In this document: positions 9,741 to 19,163 of the stretch, piece after piece | Layout: the number at the start of each line of letters is the position of its first letter | How positions within the stretch are numbered: the stretch's first letter is position 1 | Assembly: GCA_016432445.1 (NCBI GenBank) | Contig: CP066689.1 | Span: forward strand, 630,001-662,000 | Source: Candidatus Saccharimonadota bacterium | GTDB taxonomy: Bacteria > Patescibacteriota > Microgenomatia > UBA1406 > GWC2-37-13 | DNA length: 32,000 nt | Direction of reading: 5' to 3' | Program-made: the position numbers and the translations under genes | Notes under the pieces: model-generated | Seen by the model: only the letters and a program-made list of their open reading frames with translations | What the model was told of the DNA's origin: nothing | Database searches by the model: none

Positions 9741-11174
9741 ATGACAAATAATAACTTTTCTAAACAAGTTCCGGATAATGTTTTTAGAGGCTATGATTTG
9801 CGAGGATTAGTCGGATCAGAACTTGATGAAGAAAGGGTTTCTATACTAGGCAAAACCTATGCCACCTGGCTTATTCAGCGAAGAATTCATGACTGCGTGG
9901 TTGGATTTGACTGCCGTACGTCCAGCCCAATTTTTAGAGACATTGTAGTCAAGTCTTTAACTGAAGCCGGAATCACAGTCTACGATATTGGTATGACACT
10001 CTCGCAGGTCTGTTATTTTGCACAATATTATTTTCGTACAAGAGGAATGATCATGATCACCGCCTCTCACAATCCAAAAGAATATAACGGATTTAAGTTC
10101 AGTACAGGCTTTTCGGAAACAATGCTGACTGAAGATATTCAGGAATTCAAAGATTTAGCAAAATCGCGTAGTTTTATTACTCGAGGACAAAAAGGGCAAC
10201 GCATTCAAAAAGATATTAAGGAAGATTACATTATTGATATTCTTCGCCATTCCGATCTAATAAGAAAGTTTAAGGTAGTAATTGATGCCTGCGCCGCTAC
10301 AGCCGGTATTATTATTCCTGATCTACTGAGAAAGGCCGGCTGCGAGGTTGTTGAACAAAACACTAAGCCCGACGGTAACTTTCCGGTGGGGACACCAGAT
10401 CCAACTGAGCGAGAAGTACAAGAAAGACTGGCCAGAAGGGTAGTTGAAGAAAAAGCAGATATCGGTTTCTCTTATGATGCTGACGGTGACCGAATAGGAG
10501 TTGTTGATGAGAAAGGAAATCTCATCTGGAATGATACCTTAATATCCTTATACGCCAAAGATATATTAACCAATCTGCCAGGTTCAAAAATAGTTTTTAA
10601 TACGCTCTGCTCAAAGCAGGTAGAGGAAGTTGTTCGAGGGGCAGGCGGTATTCCTATAATCTGGAAAACTGGCCACTCCTTTATAAAAGCCAAAGTAAGA
10701 GAAGAAAGAGCTCCTTTTGGCGGAGAGTTGAGCGGCCACTTTTATTTTGTTGACAATTTCTACGGACATGACGACGGAGCTATAGCTTCTTTAAGGCTTT
10801 TATCATTCTTAACAAAGGAAAATAAATCGCTCTCACAAGCAATTGCCAAGCTCCCCGTATACTACTCGAGCCCTGAAATTAAAGTAGGGTGCGCTGATAA
10901 TATTAAATTTCAGCTAGTCAACGATAAAATAGGAATTGACATAAAAAAAATGTATCCTAATGCATCGTTTGTAGAAATTGATGGCGTAAGAATGGATACA
11001 GATAATGAAATGCTTATTGTAAGAGCTTCACAAAATGGTCCTTATCTGACAGTAAAGTTTGAAGGAAGAGATGAAAACGGATATAATAAATTAAAAAATC
11101 AGGTAAATGAAATTTTGCATAAATACTCTGAGATTGATTTTAAATCGGGCGTCAATACCAAAGCTCTTGATTAA
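9741..11174 (+). CDS. phosphoglucomutase/phosphomannomutase family protein (alpha-D-phosphohexomutase)
   Basis: Active-site loop TASHNPKEYNGFK, metal loop FSYDADGDRIGVVD, and sugar loop GGELSGHFYF. Confidence 0.9.
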   Translation: MTNNNFSKQVPDNVFRGYDLRGLVGSELDEERVSILGKTYATWLIQRRIHDCVVGFDCRTSSPIFRDIVVKSLTEAGITVYDIGMTLSQVCYFAQYYFRTRGMIMITASHNPKEYNGFKFSTGFSETMLTEDIQEFKDLAKSRSFITRGQKGQRIQKDIKEDYIIDILRHSDLIRKFKVVIDACAATAGIIIPDLLRKAGCEVVEQNTKPDGNFPVGTPDPTEREVQERLARRVVEEKADIGFSYDADGDRIGVVDEKGNLIWNDTLISLYAKDILTNLPGSKIVFNTLCSKQVEEVVRGAGGIPIIWKTGHSFIKAKVREERAPFGGELSGHFYFVDNFYGHDDGAIASLRLLSFLTKENKSLSQAIAKLPVYYSSPEIKVGCADNIKFQLVNDKIGIDIKKMYPNASFVEIDGVRMDTDNEMLIVRASQNGPYLTVKFEGRDENGYNKLKNQVNEILHKYSEIDFKSGVNTKALD

Positions 11175-11189
11175 ATAACTAAATTAAAT

Positions 11190-12854
11190 ATGGATGATAC
11201 TGATTTGCTTGCGGCCGGAGCAGGAATAAAACAAACAGATTCAAGTGCTGAAGAAGAAAACGAGATTGTACTTTCACCAAATACTAATGCTTTGCTTGAA
11301 AGTTTACGTCATATTAAACCTCGCGCTACACCAGATGAACTTTCAAAATTAACAGTATCACAGACTGTCTCACTGCTTGCTATAGCTTATGAAAAAATAA
11401 GAAATGCTGTGGAGTATAGAGAAGATCATTTAGTTCTAAGAGCTGCTATTGAACGAATTTTAAAAAGGCGTTTAGCTTTAAATCCAGGTGGAATTGGAGA
11501 GGCGGAAAATCTTTTAAGGGAACTTACTTGGGCAAGATATTTTCCAAATGAAAGTTTGGGCGATAGTGATATCGACACTGTCCAAAATATAATTAATAAA
11601 TATTTAAAAATTAAGTTAAATCTCCTTGATGCTAAGAAAAAAGAAACTCAGATTTATCTTTTTCAATTTATTTTTGACCTTTTAACATGTGAAATCGAGG
11701 AAAACCTAAATCCTGATTCTGCATTAAAAAGTTCAATATTTACTTACTTTATATTTCAGACTTTAAAAGAAAAGATTAAAGTAGAAGGATTGGCTGATGA
11801 AAAAAAAGATGCTTTCTTCCTTGTTGCCCTTGACAAGGCTTATATAAAAAGCGATTCACCCTATCTGCGCTATCACTTATTCTCAACATTCTACCAACCC
11901 TTATCAAAAGCCGATGAGCGCAATACGGATAAACTTGTGCCCGATCTTCCTGAAATATTTAAAAAAATTGACTCAATGATTAGCAATCCTTACGTTGATA
12001 GCTTAACTAAGTTTGTAAAAAAGCAACTGCCTCCTTTTTTAATATTATTCTCTTTGCTAGTAAAGAAAAGACGTGAAGCAGCTGAAATACTTAAGAGTAA
12101 AAAAAATCTCTGGCAAAATGTAGAAAGCATATGCAGTGAAAAATATAAAGAGATTGGCAACAGACTGCGCAACTTGGCCATTAGAAGTTTGATCTACATT
12201 TTTATCACCAAAATGATTCTAGCTCTGATTCTTGAGTACCCAACCTCACTTTTTATTTATGGAGAAGTAAGTAAATTAAGTATTGCTATTAACACTTTAT
12301 TCCCTCCTATTTTAATGCTAGTCATTGTATTATTCTTCAAACTCCCAACAGAGGAAAATACGAAAAATATATTTAAAAGAATTGTGGATATCATCGACCT
12401 TAATCCAATATTTGAGACGCATATCTCTTTTTTAAGAAAAAAAAGCGCACCCAAAAAAGAAATCCTTGCTTTTATATTTACAGTTGTTTATACCTTAACA
12501 TTCTTCTTTACTTTTTATTTACTCAACCTTATGCTCTCATTTTTAAACTTCAACTTAATAAGTAAATTAATATTTGTTTTTTTTATAAGTGTAATCTCGT
12601 TTTTTGCTTACCGACTAAAAACTGTCACTAATGAATATAAACTGCGCGAGAAAGAGAGCGTACTGACTCCCATTTTTGATTTCTTTTTTATTCCAGTACT
12701 TGCTGCAGGTAAGTTTTTTAGCAAAGAGCTTGGTCGTCTTAATATTTTTATAGTAATTTTTGATTTTATAATTGAAGCTCCTTTTAAACTTATTATTGAA
12801 ATTTTTGAGGAATGGATAAAGTTTGTTAGAGCTAGAAAAGAAGAGATTGTTTAA
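11190..12854 (+). CDS. hypothetical multi-pass membrane protein (soluble helical N-terminal ~330 aa, about 5-6 TM segments in the C-terminal part)
   Basis: A long ORF with hydrophobic stretches in the C-terminal third. No catalytic motif recognised. Confidence 0.6.
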   Translation: MDDTDLLAAGAGIKQTDSSAEEENEIVLSPNTNALLESLRHIKPRATPDELSKLTVSQTVSLLAIAYEKIRNAVEYREDHLVLRAAIERILKRRLALNPGGIGEAENLLRELTWARYFPNESLGDSDIDTVQNIINKYLKIKLNLLDAKKKETQIYLFQFIFDLLTCEIEENLNPDSALKSSIFTYFIFQTLKEKIKVEGLADEKKDAFFLVALDKAYIKSDSPYLRYHLFSTFYQPLSKADERNTDKLVPDLPEIFKKIDSMISNPYVDSLTKFVKKQLPPFLILFSLLVKKRREAAEILKSKKNLWQNVESICSEKYKEIGNRLRNLAIRSLIYIFITKMILALILEYPTSLFIYGEVSKLSIAINTLFPPILMLVIVLFFKLPTEENTKNIFKRIVDIIDLNPIFETHISFLRKKSAPKKEILAFIFTVVYTLTFFFTFYLLNLMLSFLNFNLISKLIFVFFISVISFFAYRLKTVTNEYKLREKESVLTPIFDFFFIPVLAAGKFFSKELGRLNIFIVIFDFIIEAPFKLIIEIFEEWIKFVRARKEEIV

Positions 12855-13206
12855 CTATTGCCATCAGTTCAGAGATATCAAAAGGTTTAGATAAAAAGCC
12901 ATCTGCATTAATCTCTTTAGCAATTTCTTCAGTATTAGAGAGTGCTGATATAAGAATAATCGGTATTTTTGAAGTTTTCTTTTCACTACGAAGTAGTACT
13001 GCCACATCTCTGCCATCAATTCCAGACATCCAAACATCAAGCAATATTAAGTCCGGCTTTAATTTTTTTACAATTTTTACGATATTAAATCCATTATTAA
13101 TTACAGTTGTCTTATATCCGCCATCCTGCAAAATAATTTTTATTACTTCGGATATGCCTAAATCATCATCAATTATTAAGATATGTTTTCCTATATTCGT
13201 TTCCAT
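12832..13206 (-). CDS. response regulator, receiver domain only (CheY-like)
   Basis: ILIIDDD, DLILLDVWMSGIDG, PIILISA and SKPFD. At 124 aa there is no output domain. Confidence 0.9.
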   Translation of the reverse strand: METNIGKHILIIDDDLGISEVIKIILQDGGYKTTVINNGFNIVKIVKKLKPDLILLDVWMSGIDGRDVAVLLRSEKKTSKIPIILISALSNTEEIAKEINADGFLSKPFDISELMAIVKQSLLF

Positions 13207-14812
13207 ATTTGTTATCTGGATTTTTAATTTTTAATTCTTTGCTTTTAGCAGGTAAAGTAATTACAAACTTCGATCCAGCACCTTCCTTACTTTTTACGAG
13301 AATTTTACCTTTATGATGCTTGATTATTTCTGAAGAAATGTGTAATCCTAATCCCATTCCTTCAAATCTTTCTCCTTTGTTGGGTATCCGATAAAATTTG
13401 CCAAAAATTTTTTTGGTCTCCTGAGCAGGTATACCAATCCCAAAGTCCTTCACTTCAATTGTAATTTCATCCTGATTGCAGGATTCTTTAATTATAATCT
13501 TGTCGGCTTTTGGAGAGTATTTAATGGCATTAGTAATAATGTTGTTTAAAACCTGTCTTATCCGATAACGATCCCCGTAAAACATACATCCTGCTTTTCC
13601 TTCAATGATGATTTTATGCGTCGAAGTCGCAGCCTGAATATCCTCAGTTGTTTCTTTAACTAGCTCATTCACCTCAAAATTTTTGTAAATGTACTCAATT
13701 TTCCCGGATTGCATTTTTGATACATCCATCAGATCATTAATCAGTCCTTTCAACCGATTAACTTGAAACGCCATTTTATTCAGATATAAAATAACTGAAG
13801 GATTATCATTTTTTGAAAGTATTTTTTGTAATAATTGAGTGAAGGCCTTGATTGTAGTTACCGGAGTTTTAAGCTCGTGACTGGCTGTACCTATAAACTC
13901 ATCTTTTACTCTATCAAGCTGTTTTTGTTCATTAATGCTGATTCTTAGCTTATCTTCTATTTTTTTTCTCCTGGTAATATCATTGAAATACACAGACAAA
14001 CCTTCTGACGAAGGATAAGCATGAATTTCAAAATATTTCTTAAGAGGCGAGTAATATTTTTCAAAAATTATTGGTTCCTTAGTGGCAACAGCTCTAAAAT
14101 ATTTCTGATAAAACTCAGAGTCAATGATCTCCGGGAACTCATCCCAAACACTTTTACCGATTATGTTTTGTCTACCGATCTCAAGCAGGTTTTCCGCTTG
14201 TTTATTGTAGTAAACAAATTTACCATCATTATCTAAAGCAAAAAAAGCATCAGTTATGCTTTCCAGAATATTGGTTATTTTTTTATTAAGCGCTTCAAGC
14301 TTTTCTTTATCCTCCCTCCATAAATCAAGATTTTTTTCGGCTTCCTCATCAACAGTCTTATATATCTTAATCTCTTCTGACAACCTACTGGCTTCATCAT
14401 CTGCGGCATGGAGCCACTTTTGCTGTAAATTAATAAGGATATTAATTATTATTCCTTCTGTAAAAATCAGTAAGCCTACAAAAACGTGATCGCTTGAGAT
14501 ATTAGATAAAGCTAGCTTTGGATTAATAAAAAAATAAACTGTTGTTAATGCTGATAAAAAAGCTGCAATAAAACCTGCTCTAAAACCACTGTACCAGCTG
14601 CTAAATACAACTGGCAGTATGCTTAATAAATATGGAGAAAGAACAAGTTCTTTAATGGGTTTTAACAAAAAATTAACCACTAAAATAAAACTGATGCTCA
14701 GTAAAGCAATGCTTAACTCAATAAAAATTGAATTAGAATGACTCAGATACTCAGGAATAGAAAACTTCCTTTGTATGTTTTGATTCCAGGATTGAATATT
14801 AGGCAATAACAT
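13169..14812 (-). CDS. sensor histidine kinase (KdpD-type membrane domain, PAS, HisKA, HATPase)
   Basis: H-box ASHELKTPVTTIKAF, N/G boxes NNIITNAIKYSP and DFGIGIP...GLGL, and an N-terminal multi-TM region. Its 3' end overlaps the regulator start by 38 nt. Confidence 0.9.
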   Translation of the reverse strand: MLLPNIQSWNQNIQRKFSIPEYLSHSNSIFIELSIALLSISFILVVNFLLKPIKELVLSPYLLSILPVVFSSWYSGFRAGFIAAFLSALTTVYFFINPKLALSNISSDHVFVGLLIFTEGIIINILINLQQKWLHAADDEASRLSEEIKIYKTVDEEAEKNLDLWREDKEKLEALNKKITNILESITDAFFALDNDGKFVYYNKQAENLLEIGRQNIIGKSVWDEFPEIIDSEFYQKYFRAVATKEPIIFEKYYSPLKKYFEIHAYPSSEGLSVYFNDITRRKKIEDKLRISINEQKQLDRVKDEFIGTASHELKTPVTTIKAFTQLLQKILSKNDNPSVILYLNKMAFQVNRLKGLINDLMDVSKMQSGKIEYIYKNFEVNELVKETTEDIQAATSTHKIIIEGKAGCMFYGDRYRIRQVLNNIITNAIKYSPKADKIIIKESCNQDEITIEVKDFGIGIPAQETKKIFGKFYRIPNKGERFEGMGLGLHISSEIIKHHKGKILVKSKEGAGSKFVITLPAKSKELKIKNPDNKYGNEYRKTYLNN

Positions 14813-14895
14813 TAATAATTAAGAAGTTAAAGTACAAATGTAAAAGAAAGATAATTAAAACGTAAGAATTATGTAAGAATTAAGAATATTGGAAA

Positions 14896-15969
14896 TTAGA
14901 TACATTTCTGATACAATGCTTGCACTAAATTGTCAGCTCGCGCCAGATGTTTTTGCCTACCGACATAAAAAATCCCGGCTAGCTGCTGTTTTATCTCTTC
15001 AGTAACTTTGATTAACACGATTCCCAGATCAAACTGTCCATAGACTACAACTGAGTTTAGAGGAGCAAAGAAAACAGCTGGTAAGGCTAAAAGATCTTCT
15101 TCGCCTTTAATTAATATTTGATTCTTTTTATCTTCATAAATCATCCTTTTTATTCGGGATCTTAAAAACGAAGTAGTTTTATAATTAAGGCTTCCAGGCT
15201 TGTTTGTTAAACGATTTTTGAATTTAATAAGTTTTTTTTCGGATACTAAAGATTTACGCTTTGATCGCAAATCGATAATAGTTAAATCCGGCGTTAATCC
15301 CATTTTTTTTAAACTCGCGCTGATAATATCACCAACACTAATGACCATTACCGGCTTAAGTTTTTTAATTTCATTAATTGCCACCTGGGCAGTTTCTAAC
15401 AAGGATTTATTTTTTTGATAAACAACAAAACCCAAAGGTCTTCTGAGATCTTTACGTAATGATTCAGTTATCACAATATTTTTTCGTCTTTTAAAAACCT
15501 GAAAATATGGATCACCATGACGATTCATTAACCCAGCTCTTATCTTTGATGATCTGATGACTTTTGCCCCTTTTCCTTTGATAAGCGGAACTTCAATGAT
15601 TTTTAAGTCAGGCAGTAAGTTCTTTTTTCTTAACTTGTTAATTTTTATTGCGTTTTTTTTAGTTTCTTTAGTCACAATAATTGCTTCCAACTTTTTGTCT
15701 TCCAGAGCTATTCCATAGGCATCATGAAGAGAAATAATTTTAGATTTAGTATAGAAACTCCTTAGTTTTAAATAGTTTTCCAGCTCGGACTTTCTTACCT
15801 CAAAAGGTAATATCTGACCTGAAAGCAACTTATTTTGAATAAAATCATCCACCGTCAAGGCAATAATCACCTTATCCGCTATTTTAAAGGCAAAATCAAT
15901 TATGGAGATGTGACCTTTGTGCAATCTATCAAATGTCCCACCTAAAGCAACATAACTAAATTTACTCAT
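14896..15969 (-). CDS. fusion of archaeal-type phosphopantetheine adenylyltransferase (N) and a DUF359 / GTP-dependent dephospho-CoA kinase-like domain (C)
   Basis: The N-terminus has VALGGTFDRLHKGH, the cytidylyltransferase (T/H)xGH signature, plus ISSKIR-like SSKIRAG. The C-terminus shows the pattern L..PLG, VGD, PDLTIID...KR, NKPGSL, and KGEEDLLALPAVFFAPLNSVVVYGQ as I recall for DUF359. Confidence 0.7.
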   Translation of the reverse strand: MSKFSYVALGGTFDRLHKGHISIIDFAFKIADKVIIALTVDDFIQNKLLSGQILPFEVRKSELENYLKLRSFYTKSKIISLHDAYGIALEDKKLEAIIVTKETKKNAIKINKLRKKNLLPDLKIIEVPLIKGKGAKVIRSSKIRAGLMNRHGDPYFQVFKRRKNIVITESLRKDLRRPLGFVVYQKNKSLLETAQVAINEIKKLKPVMVISVGDIISASLKKMGLTPDLTIIDLRSKRKSLVSEKKLIKFKNRLTNKPGSLNYKTTSFLRSRIKRMIYEDKKNQILIKGEEDLLALPAVFFAPLNSVVVYGQFDLGIVLIKVTEEIKQQLAGIFYVGRQKHLARADNLVQALYQKCI

Positions 15970-16041
15970 AAGGATTTTATTTTAACATTTGAATCCATAA
16001 AAAAGCCCCTCCTGCTTTAATTATATAAGTGAAGCGAAAAA

Positions 16042-17457
16042 TCATTTCTTCTTTATTGAAAGATCCCTAAGAGAAAACTCATTGCAGAGAGTTCTTATAG
16101 CATTGTCTACCTGATACTCCTCAATTCCAAAGGTCATACTAATTCCACCGAAAGGATAATTTAAGGCAGCTTTTTTAATTCCCGCACGTGCAAGAGCAGC
16201 CGTAGCTCTAGCTTCAACCTCCATAGAGTTATCTTTTATCCCCTCTCCAACGACACAAACTGCTCCAAGATTACCTGTAACATCCAATCTATCAGGATCG
16301 ATTTCGCTTTGAATCTCATTCAAAGTTTCATCTAATGTTCCGTTGTATTTTCCACTTAACATAATCGATAGGGAATCTTTTTGAGTAGGATCGTATTCGT
16401 AACTTATTTTGTGTTTCCTAAATATTTCTAAAATTCTAGCACCAACTCCATATTCGTCGTTTATCCCAAATTTTCGAATGTCAACTGCCAAATAACCTTT
16501 TTTTCCGGCAATACCCAACACTCTTTCTGTCGGATCAACCACCCTAGTCTTAGTTACCATCGTACCATGATAATTAGGATCAAGAGGATTGATGCCCTTC
16601 CCCGCAAAACTGCTTTTAACATCAAGAGGTATTCCTTGTCTATATATAGGACCAACCGTATCCTTGTTAACTACCTCGGCCCCACCAATACCAATCTCCC
16701 GCGCTTCATCGTAAGTTATATTTGAAATAAATTTTGCATCTTCAACTAATATGGGGTCAGTCGCTCGCATCCCATTTAATTTTTTCCATATTTCGATCAA
16801 TCTTGCATCAATTCCTCTACCAACTATAGATAAAGACACATCTGAACCACCTCTCTCAAACGTAACAACGTTTCCATCTTCATCTTCTGCATAATAACCA
16901 GGAATAACATTTTTAACATTTGATGTAAGAGCAGACCTGATAATTTCGTAGGAAACCGGACTTATTTCACCATTATTTTTCGTTTTGATCAAATCAACGG
17001 CATCATAAAATTTTCCGCCTATAAAATAGGCGAAAATTTGAGCGCTAACCCACTCTCCGCGAGACATAGTCCATTGTCTTGACCGTCCTCCCTCTATTCC
17101 TTCAAGAACAACGTTAAGCAAATCTGGAACTAAAGGACAACCTAAATCCAGCCCTATTTGAGTAAATCGTCTATCAATCTGGTCAAACACCTTTCGATGA
17201 ACTTTATTTCTCCTTTCAAATTCACTAGCTTTGGTAAAAATATCAAAAGTATCTCTAAGTAGATTAGTAATTTTGTCTGAATTCCCATCTTTTCCAGGAG
17301 CCGAAAGAATTACAGATTGACGATATAATTGCTCTCCTGTCGTTATGCTTATTGGATCGACAAACATTATGTCTGCTGCCATCCTAAATCCTCCTGCATT
17401 AGCAACAGAATCTCCGCCAAATTTTGATGCAATCAGACCTCTCTCATGATTTCCCAT
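16042..17457 (-). CDS. aspartate kinase family protein (amino acid kinase fold plus C-terminal ACT-like region)
   Basis: KFGGDSVA at the N-terminus, ERGGSDVSLSIV resembling the RGGSD motif, and a C-terminal region of ACT-like length. 471 aa. Confidence 0.65.
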   Translation of the reverse strand: MGNHERGLIASKFGGDSVANAGGFRMAADIMFVDPISITTGEQLYRQSVILSAPGKDGNSDKITNLLRDTFDIFTKASEFERRNKVHRKVFDQIDRRFTQIGLDLGCPLVPDLLNVVLEGIEGGRSRQWTMSRGEWVSAQIFAYFIGGKFYDAVDLIKTKNNGEISPVSYEIIRSALTSNVKNVIPGYYAEDEDGNVVTFERGGSDVSLSIVGRGIDARLIEIWKKLNGMRATDPILVEDAKFISNITYDEAREIGIGGAEVVNKDTVGPIYRQGIPLDVKSSFAGKGINPLDPNYHGTMVTKTRVVDPTERVLGIAGKKGYLAVDIRKFGINDEYGVGARILEIFRKHKISYEYDPTQKDSLSIMLSGKYNGTLDETLNEIQSEIDPDRLDVTGNLGAVCVVGEGIKDNSMEVEARATAALARAGIKKAALNYPFGGISMTFGIEEYQVDNAIRTLCNEFSLRDLSIKKK

Positions 17458-17479
17458 AATGATTAATCACTCATAAACT

Positions 17480-17502
17480 AAAAAAGCCCTCTTATGAGGG
17501 CT
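17480..17502 (-). terminator. intrinsic terminator / attenuator immediately upstream of the aspartate kinase start codon
   Basis: The minus strand reads AGCCCTC-ATAA-GAGGGCT followed by TTTTTT, 20 nt before the ATG at 17457. Confidence 0.7.
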
Positions 17503-17529
17503 TATTTTGGCTACTCTTAATTTAAATGC

Positions 17530-17598
17530 TTACCAAGATAAGACCCTCTTAGAGAGTCTTTCTTTGGTTTTTTTTGCCTTTAAATTCCCAGATAACAT
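17530..17598 (-). CDS. candidate Lys-rich leader peptide MLSGNLKAKKTKERLSKRVLSW
   Basis: ATG at 17598 and TAA at 17532-17530, translated by hand. It sits between a consensus-like promoter and the terminator, and it overlaps alternative pairing segments. Confidence 0.5.
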   Translation of the reverse strand: MLSGNLKAKKTKERLSKRVLSW

Positions 17599-17610
17599 AT
17601 CTAAATATCA

Positions 17611-17638
17611 ATATTAGCAATATAAATTTATTTGTCAA
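17611..17638 (-). promoter_or_regulatory. sigma70-like promoter (TTGACA-16 nt-TAATAT) for the aspartate kinase leader
   Basis: On the minus strand, TTGACA is at 17638-17633 and TAATAT at 17616-17611. Confidence 0.55.
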
Positions 17639-17681
17639 GGCCATTCAACCTACGAGGTTGCCAACGGACTGTTGGGAAGGC

Positions 17682-18617
17682 TTATCTGAGAATACTTTTC
17701 AGATTGTCGAGACTTTCGGAATCGTAAATTGAAATAGGTAAAATTTGTTTATTGAATTTTTTTAATACATTTATTTTTTGATCAAGCTCGACCTTAACCG
17801 ACAAATCCTTTTTAGTCAAAAGAATAATTTGTTCTTTTTCTAGTAAGGCGGAGTTAAATCTCTCCAGCTCGGAATTTACAATATTATAGTCTGCCTCAAC
17901 ATCTGCAGAGTCTGAAGCAATGCAGTGAAATATCAAACTGACTTTTTCAATATGTTTTAAAAATTTCACCCCTAAACCTTTGCCTTGAGATGCACCTTCT
18001 ATAAGGCCTGGGATATCACCAATGATTTTTCCGTTGAAAGCTCCAAGGTTTGGTTCCAGTGTTGTAAAAGGATAAGAGGCTGTTTTAACATTAGCGGCTG
18101 TTAATACATTTAGTAAACTGCTTTTACCGGCGTTTGGCAGACCAATCAAACCATAATCAGCAATTAATCTCATGATAACTTTATATTGCTTTTCCTGACC
18201 TTCAAAACCCGGTTCCCACTCACGGGGCACCTGATGTGTTGATGTTTTAAAAGCATTATTTCCTCTCCCACCATCTCCGCCTTTGCTTAGCAAAACCTTA
18301 TTTTCGTCCATAAGTTCTACTGAACTTCCGGTTGAGAGATCGGTTAAAACAGTTCCCAAAGGAAACTTAAGAGTAAGGTCGCTGCCGCTTATACCCGTCT
18401 TTCTATAACTTCCGCCTGGTTTTCCATTATCAGCCTTATAGGATTTCTTTTCAGCATATTTATTAAGATTAGGAATTTGCTGATCAACGATTGCAAAAAC
18501 ATTTCCGCCTGATCCGCCATCGCCTCCGTCAGGACCTTTTTTCATTGGGTAGAAAGATACGACCCCGTTTCCACCGTTTCCACCTTTAACTATTATTTCA
18601 ACTTCATCAATAAACAT
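17682..18617 (-). CDS. obg: GTPase Obg (short form without a C-terminal extension)
   Basis: MFIDEVEIIVKGGNGGNG with glycine-rich Obg-fold repeats, the G1 motif GLPNAGKSSLL and DIPGLIEGA. Confidence 0.92.
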   Translation of the reverse strand: MFIDEVEIIVKGGNGGNGVVSFYPMKKGPDGGDGGSGGNVFAIVDQQIPNLNKYAEKKSYKADNGKPGGSYRKTGISGSDLTLKFPLGTVLTDLSTGSSVELMDENKVLLSKGGDGGRGNNAFKTSTHQVPREWEPGFEGQEKQYKVIMRLIADYGLIGLPNAGKSSLLNVLTAANVKTASYPFTTLEPNLGAFNGKIIGDIPGLIEGASQGKGLGVKFLKHIEKVSLIFHCIASDSADVEADYNIVNSELERFNSALLEKEQIILLTKKDLSVKVELDQKINVLKKFNKQILPISIYDSESLDNLKSILR

Positions 18618-18627
18618 AATAATAAAA

Positions 18628-19104
18628 CTACTTAACTTCTTTAGTTTTTCCTAATTCCTCAGCTTTTTTTCTTACTTCTTCTATACTTAACAGTGAAGTA
18701 TCAACCGATTCACTTGCTAAAATAATTAACCCTTCAATAATTCGTCTCGCTCTAAAAGCTTTGTCTTTCCATAAAAAACTTATTGGCTCCGCATTATTAA
18801 ACTGCATTTTTGCAAAGAAAACATCTGACTCGAGTTGAATTGAATTTATATCCTTTAAAAGAATCTGCACAACTTGTTTAGAATAGAAAAAATTACTATA
18901 GATAATAGAAACCTTTTCTTCATCAATTACTATTGTCACTGGAAAAATATAAAAAGGGAAAACTGTTGTCAGCTGATAAACAACTGTACTTGATCTAAGT
19001 ACAGCGTGTTCCAGTTTATGCAAATTATTACCTGCCTTCTTTTTATCTTCTATTTCTTTTTTTTTGCTATCTTTGTGAAAAGATCTCTTTTTGATCTTTT
19101 TCAT
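18628..19104 (-). CDS. hypothetical protein (basic N-terminus, one or two hydrophobic segments; possibly a bacterial PH-like domain)
   Basis: ORF 10 nt upstream of obg on the same strand. No firm motif. Confidence 0.5.
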   Translation of the reverse strand: MKKIKKRSFHKDSKKKEIEDKKKAGNNLHKLEHAVLRSSTVVYQLTTVFPFYIFPVTIVIDEEKVSIIYSNFFYSKQVVQILLKDINSIQLESDVFFAKMQFNNAEPISFLWKDKAFRARRIIEGLIILASESVDTSLLSIEEVRKKAEELGKTKEVK

Positions 19105-19163
19105 AGATTTATTATATCAATAATATATAATTAACACCATTCTGTTAAGTTAAACCCAAAAAA

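Noticed and set aside
17458-17610. A lysine (L-box) riboswitch upstream of aspartate kinase.
   Set aside because: The leader is only about 140 nt. It lacks the five-helix junction and the conserved AGAGGxGC / GGAG-type L-box elements I remember. A Lys-rich mini-ORF with alternative hairpins explains it better.
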